From a virus, in the IMG/VR virus record IMGVR_UViG_3300035670_000028, positions 83,187-147,186 of that record: a DNA stretch of 64,000 bases; one strand, written 5' to 3'. Position numbers and translations under genes: made by a program. Under the pieces are notes generated by a model. The model was not told where the DNA came from. It saw only the letters and a list, made by a program, of their open reading frames with translations, and did not search any database. Of this stretch, positions 38,129-48,027 are shown piece by piece. Each line of letters starts with the position of its first letter. The stretch's first letter is position 1.

Positions 38129-39175
38129 ATGCGTCTTACAGAGAGCCAGCTTAGATCGATTATCAGAAGAGCAGTCCTTCTCAACAGTAGAATAAGTGAG
38201 GGAACAGACGATGCAGTCGATCCTGCTGTTTCAGATAATATTAAGAAGGGACTAGATATAACTGCAGGTCCTTCTGATGTTATCAAGTATCTCAACGGCC
38301 CGGGAGTAGATCCTCGTGTGAGAGCTGTTCTTTCCATGGGATCAAAAGATGGTGAACCCGGCGATGAGAAAGCTTCACCAAAGACAACTAGTGTAAAGAT
38401 CGGCAGTCTAATACCCACACAGCGAGAGATTGAGCTTACAAAGTCCATTTCATATCCTCTCTCTAGTGTTAAGTCAATGAAGAAGATGTCAAGTGGTGGA
38501 ACACAGCGTGTGGGACCTCCTGGGAATGATTTTATCGTTATCAACGGAAATTTGATTATCGATGGTCACCATCGCTGGTCTTCACTATTCGCTGCTGCAG
38601 GACCCGATGCAGAGATCGCTGCAATCGACTTAGGAATGCCTGAGTCGAGCGCCGCTGAAGTTTTAGCTGCAGTGCAGGTCGCGATCGCTTCTACACTTAA
38701 GGGTGGCGAGAAGGTACCTGAGGCAAAAGCAGGGGGTAAGAATATTCTTGGCCAAAGTGCTGATGGAATCAAGTCTCTCATTGAATCTTCCGTGGGTGAA
38801 ACAACAGAGGCAGGAGAGCTCCTTTCAGACGATTTTGTTAAGCAATGCATGGAAGACGAAAAGCTTTCAAAGCACTTGGGAATTTCTGACGCCGGTGCAG
38901 ATTCTGTTGAGTCTGCACGTGAAGCCATTATTGGTAAGGTTTCTGAATTTCTTTCTCAAATGAACCAGCCAGCAGATGGCTCACCTCCCCGCGTAGACAT
39001 GCCACAGATTGATAAGGCGGGCGGTGGTGTAAAGGGTGTTATGAACGCGCTAGCGTCTGGAGATGTCAACTATAAGCCGCCCTTTGTCTCAAAGGAGTCT
39101 AGAACGCGCCCAAGAAATGATGATCAGATCGTCCTCGAGCGCTGGCAGAAGCTGGCCGGCCTGATTAAGGGCTGA
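38129..39175 (+). CDS. Tagged ParB/Srx-like domain protein
   Basis: LIPTQ...IIDGHHRW; both tag types. Confidence 0.75.
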   Translation: MRLTESQLRSIIRRAVLLNSRISEGTDDAVDPAVSDNIKKGLDITAGPSDVIKYLNGPGVDPRVRAVLSMGSKDGEPGDEKASPKTTSVKIGSLIPTQREIELTKSISYPLSSVKSMKKMSSGGTQRVGPPGNDFIVINGNLIIDGHHRWSSLFAAAGPDAEIAAIDLGMPESSAAEVLAAVQVAIASTLKGGEKVPEAKAGGKNILGQSADGIKSLIESSVGETTEAGELLSDDFVKQCMEDEKLSKHLGISDAGADSVESAREAIIGKVSEFLSQMNQPADGSPPRVDMPQIDKAGGGVKGVMNALASGDVNYKPPFVSKESRTRPRNDDQIVLERWQKLAGLIKG

Positions 39176-39186
39176 GATATTTAGCT

Positions 39187-39525
39187 GTGGAAGCTCACCT
39201 GTATACATATAGGGCACATGTGAGTGCCGTGTACGACGGTGACACGCTGACTGCTGACATTGATCTGGGCTTCTCTGTCGTGCTCCGTAGACAGTCCATT
39301 CGTCTCGCGCGTATTAATGCGCCCGAGGTGAGGGGCACGTCAGCTGAGATGGGAATTAGAAGCAGGGACGCCCTTAGGGACCGCGTCCTCGGCAAGGACG
39401 TCCTACTGCGCACAATCAAGGACTCACGCGAGAAGTACGGCAGGTGGCTCGGCGAGGTGTGGGTAGATGGCGTGTGTGTGAACGACTGGCTCCTTTCAGA
39501 AGGACTCGCTTTAAAATACACCTGA
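39187..39525 (+). CDS. Thermonuclease (SNase) family
   Basis: YDGDT, IRL..I.APE, KYGR.L, N..L...G.A. Confidence 0.9.
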   Translation: MEAHLYTYRAHVSAVYDGDTLTADIDLGFSVVLRRQSIRLARINAPEVRGTSAEMGIRSRDALRDRVLGKDVLLRTIKDSREKYGRWLGEVWVDGVCVNDWLLSEGLALKYT

Positions 39526-39590
39526 TACCGGACCGGGCGCACGATATTTAGCCTCGTAAACTCTCTATTTGCGGTATGAGGAGGCTTATC

Positions 39591-40403
39591 ATGAACCTGG
39601 GCATATGGGTGGATGATCCTGTGAAGGACGTTCAGACGTCAAAGTTCTGGGATAGCGTCAAGGAGCACGGCTTCACGACAGCTGCACTCATGCTTGAGAG
39701 CTCGAGTGATGGATTTGATCCCAAGTATAACGAGAGGACACTCGAGCTTGTGAAGGGAAGGGCACTGATTCGTGACATCGAGCTGGTGCTCACCGTGTGG
39801 CCCGAGCCCAACAGGAAGTACCTGCAGGAGTTTGAGGCGAAGATCGGAAGGCTGCTGTCCGCGTCAGGTGCTGCAGGCCTCGAGTTCGACTGCGAGGGCA
39901 ACTGGCTGAAGTCGAAGGTGAGAGGCTTCTCTTCACTTGACAAGGCAGGCGATGAGCTCGTTGCAGTTTTCAGCAGGGTCTCAGACAAGCACGAAGTGCG
40001 GACAGAGCTCACGACATATCCCTATCACGCAGAGAACAGTCGCGCCGCCGATGTCGCGCCGCACTGCAACAGGATCCTCCCGCAGGCATACAGCGTCAGG
40101 GGAAGGTCCGAGGGTGAGGTGCCCTGGGATGACAGGCTGGGCCCTGGAAACATGCAGAGACTGACTCTGGATAGGGCTCTGCAGGTTCCAGGTGTCGGAG
40201 GCCATGGTGGACCACTCGTCTCATGCGCCCTCGCTGCCTACGATCAGGAGTGGCCTGGACACACAGGCGAGGAGGCGATGAGGGTCGCTTACGACGCCGC
40301 TATGAAGTACAACCCAATGGAGATCAGATTCTGGAGCTCCAAGTGGGTGTTCGGTGTGAAGGCTAACGGATACGCTTCGAGATTCATAAAAGGAATTAGG
40401 TGA
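39591..40403 (+). CDS. Hypothetical protein, possible TIM-barrel glycoside hydrolase-like
   Basis: GLEFDCE, PQAY; adjacent to amidase. Confidence 0.55.
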   Translation: MNLGIWVDDPVKDVQTSKFWDSVKEHGFTTAALMLESSSDGFDPKYNERTLELVKGRALIRDIELVLTVWPEPNRKYLQEFEAKIGRLLSASGAAGLEFDCEGNWLKSKVRGFSSLDKAGDELVAVFSRVSDKHEVRTELTTYPYHAENSRAADVAPHCNRILPQAYSVRGRSEGEVPWDDRLGPGNMQRLTLDRALQVPGVGGHGGPLVSCALAAYDQEWPGHTGEEAMRVAYDAAMKYNPMEIRFWSSKWVFGVKANGYASRFIKGIR

Positions 40404-40407
40404 CAAT

Positions 40408-41097
40408 ATGACACGTGCGATTAGACACTTGGACCTGTGCGGCGAGCAGAAGAATCCTCCTCCACCCAAGGTGGGGCCGAAGGGCAAGGTGAATATTGCC
40501 CTCGTCAGGGCGGGAAAGGTTGTTGTCAGGAATCCTGCAACAGTCACAGGCATTGGAATCCACCAGACAGCCTGCGTGTTTGGGCCCTCTGCTGATCCTG
40601 AGAAGCGGTATAGGCGCGCACTAAATGTGCCCTGCCACGCCCTCGCTTTCAGGGACGGCGTGTTCGCCACTGCGTTCCCACTAGAGTGGTACATGTACCA
40701 CGGTAATGAGCTCAACGCGTTCTCTCTGGGCCTAGAGATTGAGGGTCACTACCCAGGCGTGCCTGATGATCCAGCCACACCCAAGCGCGAGGACATTCAG
40801 AGCACGTGGGGCGGAAATCCCACACCGTTCGATGATCTGGCAATCGAGACATCACGTGCCGCTCTCAAGCATCTTGTTGAGACTGGCAGAAACAAGAACA
40901 TGCCCATCCAGTACATCTGGGCGCACAGGCAGAGCAACGGTCAGAAGCCCAGTGACCCGGGCTACCAGATCTGGAAGCACGTGGTCCTCGAGTACGGCTG
41001 CACGCAGCTAGGCCTCAAGACCCAGTGCTCGAAGACGTGGCGCAACGGCAAGGCGATCCCAGCAGTGTGGGATCCCACTGCGACTGCCAAGTACTGA
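40408..41097 (+). CDS. N-acetylmuramoyl-L-alanine amidase (probable endolysin)
   Basis: IHQTA, H...N..SLGLE, AHR, DPG. Confidence 0.8.
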   Translation: MTRAIRHLDLCGEQKNPPPPKVGPKGKVNIALVRAGKVVVRNPATVTGIGIHQTACVFGPSADPEKRYRRALNVPCHALAFRDGVFATAFPLEWYMYHGNELNAFSLGLEIEGHYPGVPDDPATPKREDIQSTWGGNPTPFDDLAIETSRAALKHLVETGRNKNMPIQYIWAHRQSNGQKPSDPGYQIWKHVVLEYGCTQLGLKTQCSKTWRNGKAIPAVWDPTATAKY

Positions 41098-41138
41098 TGC
41101 TCCGTGTAAAATAAAGAGGGTCCAGGCTACAATTGTCT

Positions 41139-41939
41139 GTGCTCGACGTAAATCACCCGGGTTTCCACGATCCTGAGTACAGGAGACGCCGCGATCAAAT
41201 CGCCGAGTCCGCGAGGAGGTACGTGTTCCCCGGCCCCGTCGAGAGAGTCCAGTACACCTCGGCGGAGCAGGGAGTGTGGTCAAGCATCAATCAGATACTG
41301 CGACCCATGCACGATGAGCTCGCGTGCGACATGTATCTCAGGTCGCGTCCAATAGCGCAGCTTGACCCAGAGAGAATTCCTCAGCTTGACAGCATCAATA
41401 AGCGGCTGCTCTGGGAGACGGGCTTTCACCTCACACCTGTCGATGGGCTCGTGACGCCGCGCCTGTTCCTGTCCACACTGGCGGAGGGACGCATGCTCTG
41501 CACGCAGTACATCAGGCACCACAGCGTGCCCTTGTACACACCTGAGCCTGATGTCGTCCACGAGCTGCTGGGTCACGTTGTCATGTTCTTTGACCGCGAC
41601 TACTGTGACTTGAATAGGGACATCGGCAAGGCAGCGCGCGTGCTCTCAGATGACTCCCTGATTGAGCTTGAGAGGCTGTATTGGTATTCAATTGAGTTCG
41701 GCCTCGTGAGGGATCTGGGGGTCACCAGGGCGTTCGGAGCAGGGCTTCTGAGCTCGGCGGGTGAGATGGGCGCGATGGGCTCTGTGACCCACAGGCCCTT
41801 TGTCCCTGAGGAGATCGTCAGCACGCCGTACGACACTATGCACATGCAGAGCGCGCTGTTCTGCGCAGACTCTGTGGACCACATGTTTAGAGAGATCAGG
41901 AGGTACATTGGACACCTCCGCAGGAGGGAGAATGTCTGA
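41139..41939 (+). CDS. phhA: Phenylalanine-4-hydroxylase (pterin-dependent aromatic amino acid hydroxylase)
   Basis: HPGF.D..YR.RR, TQYIRH, YTPEPDVVHELLGH, YW..IEFGL, GAGLLSS; start 41133 or 41139. Confidence 0.93.
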   Translation: MLDVNHPGFHDPEYRRRRDQIAESARRYVFPGPVERVQYTSAEQGVWSSINQILRPMHDELACDMYLRSRPIAQLDPERIPQLDSINKRLLWETGFHLTPVDGLVTPRLFLSTLAEGRMLCTQYIRHHSVPLYTPEPDVVHELLGHVVMFFDRDYCDLNRDIGKAARVLSDDSLIELERLYWYSIEFGLVRDLGVTRAFGAGLLSSAGEMGAMGSVTHRPFVPEEIVSTPYDTMHMQSALFCADSVDHMFREIRRYIGHLRRRENV

Positions 41940-42204
41940 AGAAGTGAGAGAGCTGTGCGGTCTCAAGGTGGGTGACCACGTCTGGTTTGTGCTCAAGGAC
42001 GGACTTGCCCGCGTTGGGAAAGTGAGTGGATTCTTTCTGGAGGAGGGTCGTGAGCCTGCCGTGCACGTGTTTGACATGACCGACCAGCGACACCGCTACA
42101 TGGAGGCAGGTCAGCTTTCCTCTAAACCCCTGACCGACGCGAAGAAGAAACGCCACCGGAAGACGAAGGAGAAACCGCAGAGAAAAAGCACAAAGGTGTT
42201 TTAA
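41932..42204 (+). CDS. Small SH3/KOW-like protein
   Basis: LKVGDHVW...GKV. Confidence 0.65.
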   Translation: MSEEVRELCGLKVGDHVWFVLKDGLARVGKVSGFFLEEGREPAVHVFDMTDQRHRYMEAGQLSSKPLTDAKKKRHRKTKEKPQRKSTKVF

Positions 42205-42277
42205 GGCCGTGCAAAGTTGGTTCATACGTGATATTGTGAGCATGTGGCTGCAGCCACCGAGACAAGGAGCAATTAGA

Positions 42278-42511
42278 ATGTCACCCCATCACATCGCACT
42301 ACAGACCATTGCATGCTACGGTAGAGTTCGAACTGGCAACTTTCCAGACGACTCGCATCAGGCGCTCAGTGACTTGTGTGAAAATGGTGCCCTTGATATT
42401 ATTGAAGACGACTCAGGCGACACATGGTTCAAGCTGTCCGATCACGGCAAGGACCAGCTGCTCGAGCTGAACTGCCTCTTCAACTCCAACAACGCTGCGC
42501 AATTGAACTGA
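42278..42511 (+). CDS. Hypothetical protein (winged-helix-like)
   Basis: AAGGAG SD; L...G.....LS..G. Confidence 0.55.
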   Translation: MSPHHIALQTIACYGRVRTGNFPDDSHQALSDLCENGALDIIEDDSGDTWFKLSDHGKDQLLELNCLFNSNNAAQLN

Positions 42512-42512
42512 T

Positions 42513-42764
42513 ATGGCACTAGTCTCTCGCGCTCACGGCAAGCTTCTTGCAGCGGGGTTCCTGCCTTCACAGCAGACAGAGGACTACGAGCGATGGATCG
42601 ACGCATCACGCCGTGGAGACGACATCTCTTTCTACAAGAGTGGTAAATCTACAGACGTCTTCAGAGTTCACGGCCGTGAGCAGGACAAACCTGAGTTCGA
42701 TGAGTTCAACAGCTATTACACACAAAATCTGTCAGAGGCAATTCGAGTCAGCAGGTTCAAATGA
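42513..42764 (+). CDS. Hypothetical protein
   Basis: ORF. Confidence 0.6.
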   Translation: MALVSRAHGKLLAAGFLPSQQTEDYERWIDASRRGDDISFYKSGKSTDVFRVHGREQDKPEFDEFNSYYTQNLSEAIRVSRFK

Positions 42765-42967
42765 CAACACGCGCAAAGTGCAGTGAATGTGGCAGCTTCT
42801 TCTCCCCGCGGCGCCTCGCTCTTGGATACAGGACGTGCCTCGAGTGCGGCGAGCAGAGCATTCAAGTTGTCAACGAGCAGCGCAAGAAGCAGTGCGCTCC
42901 CGCCTACAACAAGGGCGCATACCAATTTATCACGGACATGCAGATGGTGAGGGACCTCGGACGATGA
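42761..42967 (+). CDS. Small C4 zinc-finger protein (DksA/TraR-like finger)
   Basis: CSEC...RRLALG...CLEC. Confidence 0.7.
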   Translation: MTTRAKCSECGSFFSPRRLALGYRTCLECGEQSIQVVNEQRKKQCAPAYNKGAYQFITDMQMVRDLGR

Positions 42968-43182
42968 AGAAGTTCAAGATCAGATACGAGATGGAGACTG
43001 TGCTCGACGTCGCCGCACTGTGGCCTGGTGGTGACGCTCCCGAAAATCCCACTGTCGACGATGTCGTTCGCCTCATCAACAAGTACGGAGGAATCTATCG
43101 AGTGCTTGACACATGGAACCTGCACCAGTGCGACAGTGACTGGAGCGTGACTGACTACACGACGACGGGAGCAATCAAGTGA
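42964..43182 (+). CDS. Hypothetical protein
   Basis: ATGA-coupled ORF. Confidence 0.6.
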   Translation: MKKFKIRYEMETVLDVAALWPGGDAPENPTVDDVVRLINKYGGIYRVLDTWNLHQCDSDWSVTDYTTTGAIK

Positions 43183-44126
43183 GTGATATTCGACTCGGCT
43201 ACGCGTGCATCAACATGGAGCTGCAGGAGTCCAAGGACAAGGTGCAGTGCAGCCGCGGCATGATCAGGCGCACCTTCGACAAGCAGGGGCTGCCTGCTGC
43301 CTCCAAGCTTGCCCTGGCCAATGTCACCGACCTCGCCCGTGTGATCAAGTGGAACAACGACAGGGGCATCAAGGTGTTCCGCATCACGTCCTGCCTGTTC
43401 CCATGGGCGAGCGAGTACAAGCTCGAGCAGCTCCCTGACTTCGAGCGCATCAGCAAGGCTCTGGCACACGCGGGCAAGCTCGCTCGAGACGCAGGCCAGC
43501 GGCTCTCCTTCCACCCAGGCCCTTTCAACATCCTCACCTCACCCAAGCAGAAGGTGGTGGACAACTCGTACATCGACCTCGAGATTCACGGTAAGATCTT
43601 CGACCTGATGGGCATGGCACGGGACCACTGGAGCAAGATCAACATCCACATTGGTGCCTCCTACGGCAGTCCCGTTGAGAGCATGGAGCGGTGGTGCCGC
43701 AACTTCGAGGGCCTGTCTGAGTCAGTGCGGTCCAGGCTCACCGTTGAGAACGACGACAAGCGGAGCCTCTATTCCGCCAAGATGCTGTATGAGGGCGTCT
43801 TCAAGCGGGTCGGCGTCCCGATCGTCTGGGACTCACACCACGACGAGCTCGGTCCCCAGGACAGCAGTCCCCAGGAAGCATTCTCGATGGCAGCAGCGTC
43901 CTGGCCCAAGGGGATACGTCCCGTGTGCCACCACTCGAACTCCAAGAAGCTGTTCGAGGACAGCACTGTTGCGGACAACGCTCACAGTGATTTCTACTTC
44001 AAGCCCTTTCCGGAGTTCGCAAAGGGCGTCGATGTCGTCCTCGAGGCGAAGGCGAAGGAGCGTGCTCTGTTCAAGTACACGAAGGACTTTGGTGGAGAGA
44101 GATGGACAACTTCGAGCACCAACTGA
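43179..44126 (+). CDS. uvsE: UV damage endonuclease
   Basis: LGYACIN, FRI.S.L.P, HPG.F, IHIG, ENDD, DSHH, HSD, EAK.KE. Confidence 0.93.
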   Translation: MSDIRLGYACINMELQESKDKVQCSRGMIRRTFDKQGLPAASKLALANVTDLARVIKWNNDRGIKVFRITSCLFPWASEYKLEQLPDFERISKALAHAGKLARDAGQRLSFHPGPFNILTSPKQKVVDNSYIDLEIHGKIFDLMGMARDHWSKINIHIGASYGSPVESMERWCRNFEGLSESVRSRLTVENDDKRSLYSAKMLYEGVFKRVGVPIVWDSHHDELGPQDSSPQEAFSMAAASWPKGIRPVCHHSNSKKLFEDSTVADNAHSDFYFKPFPEFAKGVDVVLEAKAKERALFKYTKDFGGERWTTSSTN

Positions 44127-44344
44127 AGGTTCTCATCAAGTACGTGCAGGATCGAATGTGTGCTGGTGCGTTCGTGATGTATCAGCCTGAGTTCATCACT
44201 ATTGCCTACTTTGATGCCAATGGTGGCCTGAACGTGCTAGCTGATGTGAAGCAGACAAATGATACCCTCTACACGTTCTCTCAGCTCTACGCTCAGATTA
44301 ACGAGAAGCTGCGTCTTAAGCGTGAGTTTGGGCACGAGATGTAA
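44102..44344 (+). CDS. Hypothetical protein
   Basis: GGAG SD. Confidence 0.6.
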   Translation: MDNFEHQLKVLIKYVQDRMCAGAFVMYQPEFITIAYFDANGGLNVLADVKQTNDTLYTFSQLYAQINEKLRLKREFGHEM

Positions 44345-44389
44345 ACTTCTGTTAGCACACCTATAGTATCATCTCACAGGAGAATTGAA

Positions 44390-44842
44390 GTGGAAAGAGT
44401 ACTGACAGATCCTATCGTCGTCAAGATCAAGCAGCTGCACGCCCATGCTGTGGTTCCCAAGTATCAGACGCCTGGCTCAGCCGGAGTCGACCTGCACGCT
44501 ATCGAGGACTGCGAGATCTGGATGGGAGCGCAGGCCATTATTTCAACTGGCATCGCCATGGCCATTCCACTTGGGTACGAGGGACAGATCAGGCCTCGAT
44601 CGGGTCTGGCAGCGAAGAAACTGATCACGGTGCTCAACAGTCCAGGCACAATCGACTCAGACTACCGCGGTGAGATCAAGGTGATCATGATCAACCACGG
44701 TGAGGGTCTCTTCAGGATCAAGAGGGGCGAGAGAATCGCACAGATGGTGTTCACACCGGTCGTCCGCGCTGAGTTCGAGGCAGTGGGAGACCTGGAAGAG
44801 ACTGAGCGCGGATCCGGTGGGTTCGGCTCTACCGGCAGATAA
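44390..44842 (+). CDS. dut: Trimeric dUTPase
   Basis: AGVDL, RSGLA, GTIDSDYRGE, RIAQ, RGSGGFGSTG. Confidence 0.97.
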   Translation: MERVLTDPIVVKIKQLHAHAVVPKYQTPGSAGVDLHAIEDCEIWMGAQAIISTGIAMAIPLGYEGQIRPRSGLAAKKLITVLNSPGTIDSDYRGEIKVIMINHGEGLFRIKRGERIAQMVFTPVVRAEFEAVGDLEETERGSGGFGSTGR

Positions 44843-44861
44843 TCTACACAGGAGAAATAGC

Positions 44862-45182
44862 ATGGCACTTAGAGAAATCAACAGCGAAGACATTGTGGGT
44901 ATCACACAGGATGGTAGGCTGACGATCGTGGACTGCTACGCACCGTGGTGTGGCCCATGCGGAGCTCTCATGCCCAGGCTCGAGGCGGTGAGCGTTGAGT
45001 ACGCTGATGTCAATTTTGTGAAGATCAATGCTGACAATAACCAGGAGTTCATGAAGGAGCACGAGATCCGAAGCATTCCGACCCTGCTCTTCTACAAGTC
45101 AGGTGAGGTGGTCCACACCATGCACGGTGTCCCGAATGAGAAACGGATCTGCGACAAGATCGAGGAGCTCCGGAGGGCTTGA
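44862..45182 (+). CDS. trxA: Thioredoxin
   Basis: WCGPC, SIPT. Confidence 0.92.
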   Translation: MALREINSEDIVGITQDGRLTIVDCYAPWCGPCGALMPRLEAVSVEYADVNFVKINADNNQEFMKEHEIRSIPTLLFYKSGEVVHTMHGVPNEKRICDKIEELRRA

Positions 45183-45400
45183 CACGGATGATGAGCAACT
45201 TCATCGAAGACCAATTGAAGTATCACACGTCCATGAAGCGCTTCGTGACCCGACTTCCGGCGAGGTTTCAGTGGACGATCCATAACGTGGTGGCGCACCC
45301 ACTCTCTGAATTGCTCTACCAATTGGGGTTCGAGGACTGGGGGAATTGGATCCATGATGAGACTGCGCCATATCACGAATCGGGTACCGGGAGAGGTTGA
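45179..45400 (+). CDS. Hypothetical phage protein (HNVVAHP)
   Basis: ORF. Confidence 0.6.
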   Translation: MTRMMSNFIEDQLKYHTSMKRFVTRLPARFQWTIHNVVAHPLSELLYQLGFEDWGNWIHDETAPYHESGTGRG

Positions 45401-45639
45401 CAATGCCGCATGAGGGTGATCTTCTCAGACTCGAGCCTGGGTTGAAGTGGCATAATGCCTACATTATTGATAGCAGCGATAACATCATCGAGGAAGTGCA
45501 TTTTAGGGAGGATGATGTTGCCTTGTTCCTTTCAGCCAGGCGTAGTGCCTGGGATCCGGATGGAATGAGGTACCGCTGTCTCGTGGGTGATAAGATCTTG
45601 CTGATCAACCCCAACTGTCTTAGGGAGGTGGCGAAGTGA
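45397..45639 (+). CDS. Small SH3/KOW-like protein
   Basis: EGDLL...LREV. Confidence 0.55.
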   Translation: MTMPHEGDLLRLEPGLKWHNAYIIDSSDNIIEEVHFREDDVALFLSARRSAWDPDGMRYRCLVGDKILLINPNCLREVAK

Positions 45640-46388
45640 GCGAAGCGTACCAGAAGAGAATCGAGCTGTACGGAGATGGGATCGGCAGTGTGGAGTACGT
45701 CCAGCACATGGGCACCGATCTCACGGTGGTGAACAGTGCTCGGGTGAGCTTCGGCAAGCACAAGGACGAGCTCGATGCCGGGGATGAGAAGCTCATTCGA
45801 TACCTGATCAAGCACCGGCACACCTCAACCTTAGAGCACAACCAGATCACATTTCGTTTCATGGTGCCCTTATATGTCGCAGCTCAGCATATGAGACACC
45901 GCACGTGGAGTTACAATTCCATCTCTCGCCGCTACACCGATGAGAACCTCCGCTTCTATGAGCCCCCCGCCTTCCGCACTCAGCACGCGAGCAACAGGCA
46001 GGCGAGCAACGCCAATGAGCGCATTGACCCCATGCTGAACCGGGAGGACGAGTCCCATCCCAAGTGGGGCGAGTGGATCAAGCCATATCACGCAGCCCAG
46101 GCTGTGCGGGATCACCACCTCTCCTCTGTCGAGCTCTATGAGAGGCTGCTCGCTTCAGGAGTGTGCCGTGAGCAGGCCCGAGGTGTCCTGCCGCAGAATC
46201 TCTACACTGAGTACTACGGCACTGTGGACGCCTCGAATCTCCTAAAGTTCATCGATCTTCGCACACACGAGGGAGCTCAGTGGGAGATCCAGCAGGTGGC
46301 GAAGGCGTGTCTAGACATTGCTACCGACCTGTGGCCTGTGACTGTTGGTGCGTATCGAGAGGTCCTGGAAAAGGGATCGCATAGTTAA
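45636..46388 (+). CDS. thyX: Flavin-dependent thymidylate synthase
   Basis: ARVS, RHR...SRRY, REQAR.VLP, AQWEI. Confidence 0.95.
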   Translation: MSEAYQKRIELYGDGIGSVEYVQHMGTDLTVVNSARVSFGKHKDELDAGDEKLIRYLIKHRHTSTLEHNQITFRFMVPLYVAAQHMRHRTWSYNSISRRYTDENLRFYEPPAFRTQHASNRQASNANERIDPMLNREDESHPKWGEWIKPYHAAQAVRDHHLSSVELYERLLASGVCREQARGVLPQNLYTEYYGTVDASNLLKFIDLRTHEGAQWEIQQVAKACLDIATDLWPVTVGAYREVLEKGSHS

Positions 46389-46392
46389 TCAC

Positions 46393-47046
46393 ATGAAGGT
46401 CGTCCTCTTCGGAAATCGGTACCTCCGCGACAGGGAAGAGGAAGTCCTGAATGCGCTTACACACACGCTGGGCCTAGGACTCGCATGTGGAATGTCAGCC
46501 GCACTGTTCTGGAGGGGCTCACAGCTCAGCAGCCTTCACGCTGCCGCTGGTCTGGCTTACGGCATCGCGCACGTCATCGTGTACCTAGCCTCAGTTGCCT
46601 ACCACTACGCTGAGCACCCACCGCTCAAGACGCGGCTCAGAGTGCTGGATCAGGCAGCAATCTACTCAGCGATCGCAGGCACATACACGCCCGTCCTCGC
46701 GCTGGGCATTCCCAGCCCATGGAACGCTGGACTGCTGATCCTCACTTGGACTGCGTGTTTGGTTGGGATCATCTACAAGGTGAGGCACTGGGATCAGCCT
46801 GAGCGCGGCTCACTGGCGACTTACCTCTCGTTTGCCCTCGCGGGATCCCTGCTGTTCCTGATCGTGGGATCTGGTCCCATCGACGAGTCACGCCGAGTCT
46901 TCATGGCGTCAGGCGTCCTCGATATTGCAGGACTAGCGTTCTACGTGTGGCACTACAAGAGATTCTTCCACACTGCATGGCACGTGCTGGTGATGATCGG
47001 AAACCTCGTGCACTTCTACGCCGTGTGGCACTACTTCATGGTGTGA
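46393..47046 (+). CDS. Hemolysin III / PAQR family membrane protein
   Basis: EE..N..TH, S..YH, LD...IY..IAGTYTP, H..WH..V...H. Confidence 0.88.
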   Translation: MKVVLFGNRYLRDREEEVLNALTHTLGLGLACGMSAALFWRGSQLSSLHAAAGLAYGIAHVIVYLASVAYHYAEHPPLKTRLRVLDQAAIYSAIAGTYTPVLALGIPSPWNAGLLILTWTACLVGIIYKVRHWDQPERGSLATYLSFALAGSLLFLIVGSGPIDESRRVFMASGVLDIAGLAFYVWHYKRFFHTAWHVLVMIGNLVHFYAVWHYFMV

Positions 47047-47791
47047 TGCGGTCGAGCTCATCGGACCTCGACCTCACGAAGAAGTGCTCGAGGTGCCGAT
47101 CCACAGCCCTACGAATGAGCCGAGTGTGCTCGTCTGTGGCGTGTCCTTCATCCGTGTTCCTGTTGATGTAGTCACGCAGGTATCGGGATGTCAGAGCCTG
47201 AAATGTGTCGGGCGTCACCTGGCACATTGGAAGGTACGAGTAGCTGCAGATCTCCTCCACTCGAGCGTCGATCTCGTGTGGGCAGAAGAGGTGATCCTCG
47301 AGCGACTGCTCATCCAGGCCAATCTCAGGTGACCAGTCGTGGACGCAGTGCTGCACAGCGTGCCTCAGCTCATGGACGAGTGTGGCCACTAGCTCAGCCC
47401 GTAGGCGGTCCATTGCACCCCAGCCCGGAGGCAGCACGATGTCGATCCTCACGATGGCGTCCCGTGCCAGCTCAGGATCGTCCGAGAGGTAAGTGTAACC
47501 CTCCACGCACATGTCACCCTGATCACCGCTCCTTATGCACACCTCGATCTCGAGGTCCTGCAGCTCATCGATCGGAAGTGTGAGGTCCTCCCTCGCCTCA
47601 GATCGCAGCGTGCTCCTGTCGTCCCTCACTGTGAGGTCCAGCGAGTCGTGCGTCACCTCGACGAGCCACTTGTCATCCGCGCTTCGATTGGACAGCCGCT
47701 GCGCTAGCGCACACATGCACTCGTCTGCGAAAGCTTCCGCTACCCGCCGCGTGTGCGTGTGACTCATTTGATTCTGCTGCTGCTCGTCCAT
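47036..47791 (-). CDS. HExxH zincin-like protein
   Basis: TLVHELRHAVQ...EIDA. Confidence 0.7.
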   Translation of the reverse strand: MDEQQQNQMSHTHTRRVAEAFADECMCALAQRLSNRSADDKWLVEVTHDSLDLTVRDDRSTLRSEAREDLTLPIDELQDLEIEVCIRSGDQGDMCVEGYTYLSDDPELARDAIVRIDIVLPPGWGAMDRLRAELVATLVHELRHAVQHCVHDWSPEIGLDEQSLEDHLFCPHEIDARVEEICSYSYLPMCQVTPDTFQALTSRYLRDYINRNTDEGHATDEHTRLIRRAVDRHLEHFFVRSRSDELDRITP

Positions 47792-47973
47792 AAAGTACCA
47801 TCACTAGTAAGTAGGCTATCCCATGTCTAGACCGCCTGTCCTATCATACACACCCACCGCGCTGTGTTCACACTGTACCATCCGTGACACACAGTAGTAT
47901 CTCCGTGCTATTCCCTGTCAAAAGATGTGAGGAACATAGGGGCCGGACACGGAAGCTTCTGGGATCATCCTGG

Positions 47974-48008
47974 TTCACTTCTCAGTTGTATTTTCGCAGA
48001 GAAGTGAA
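47974..48008. repeat. Perfect 10-bp inverted repeat overlapping a putative promoter
   Basis: TTCACTTCTC-N15-GAGAAGTGAA; TTGTAT-N17-TAAGAT overlaps. Confidence 0.7.
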
Positions 48009-48027
48009 TAAGATACCCAGAGGTCAC

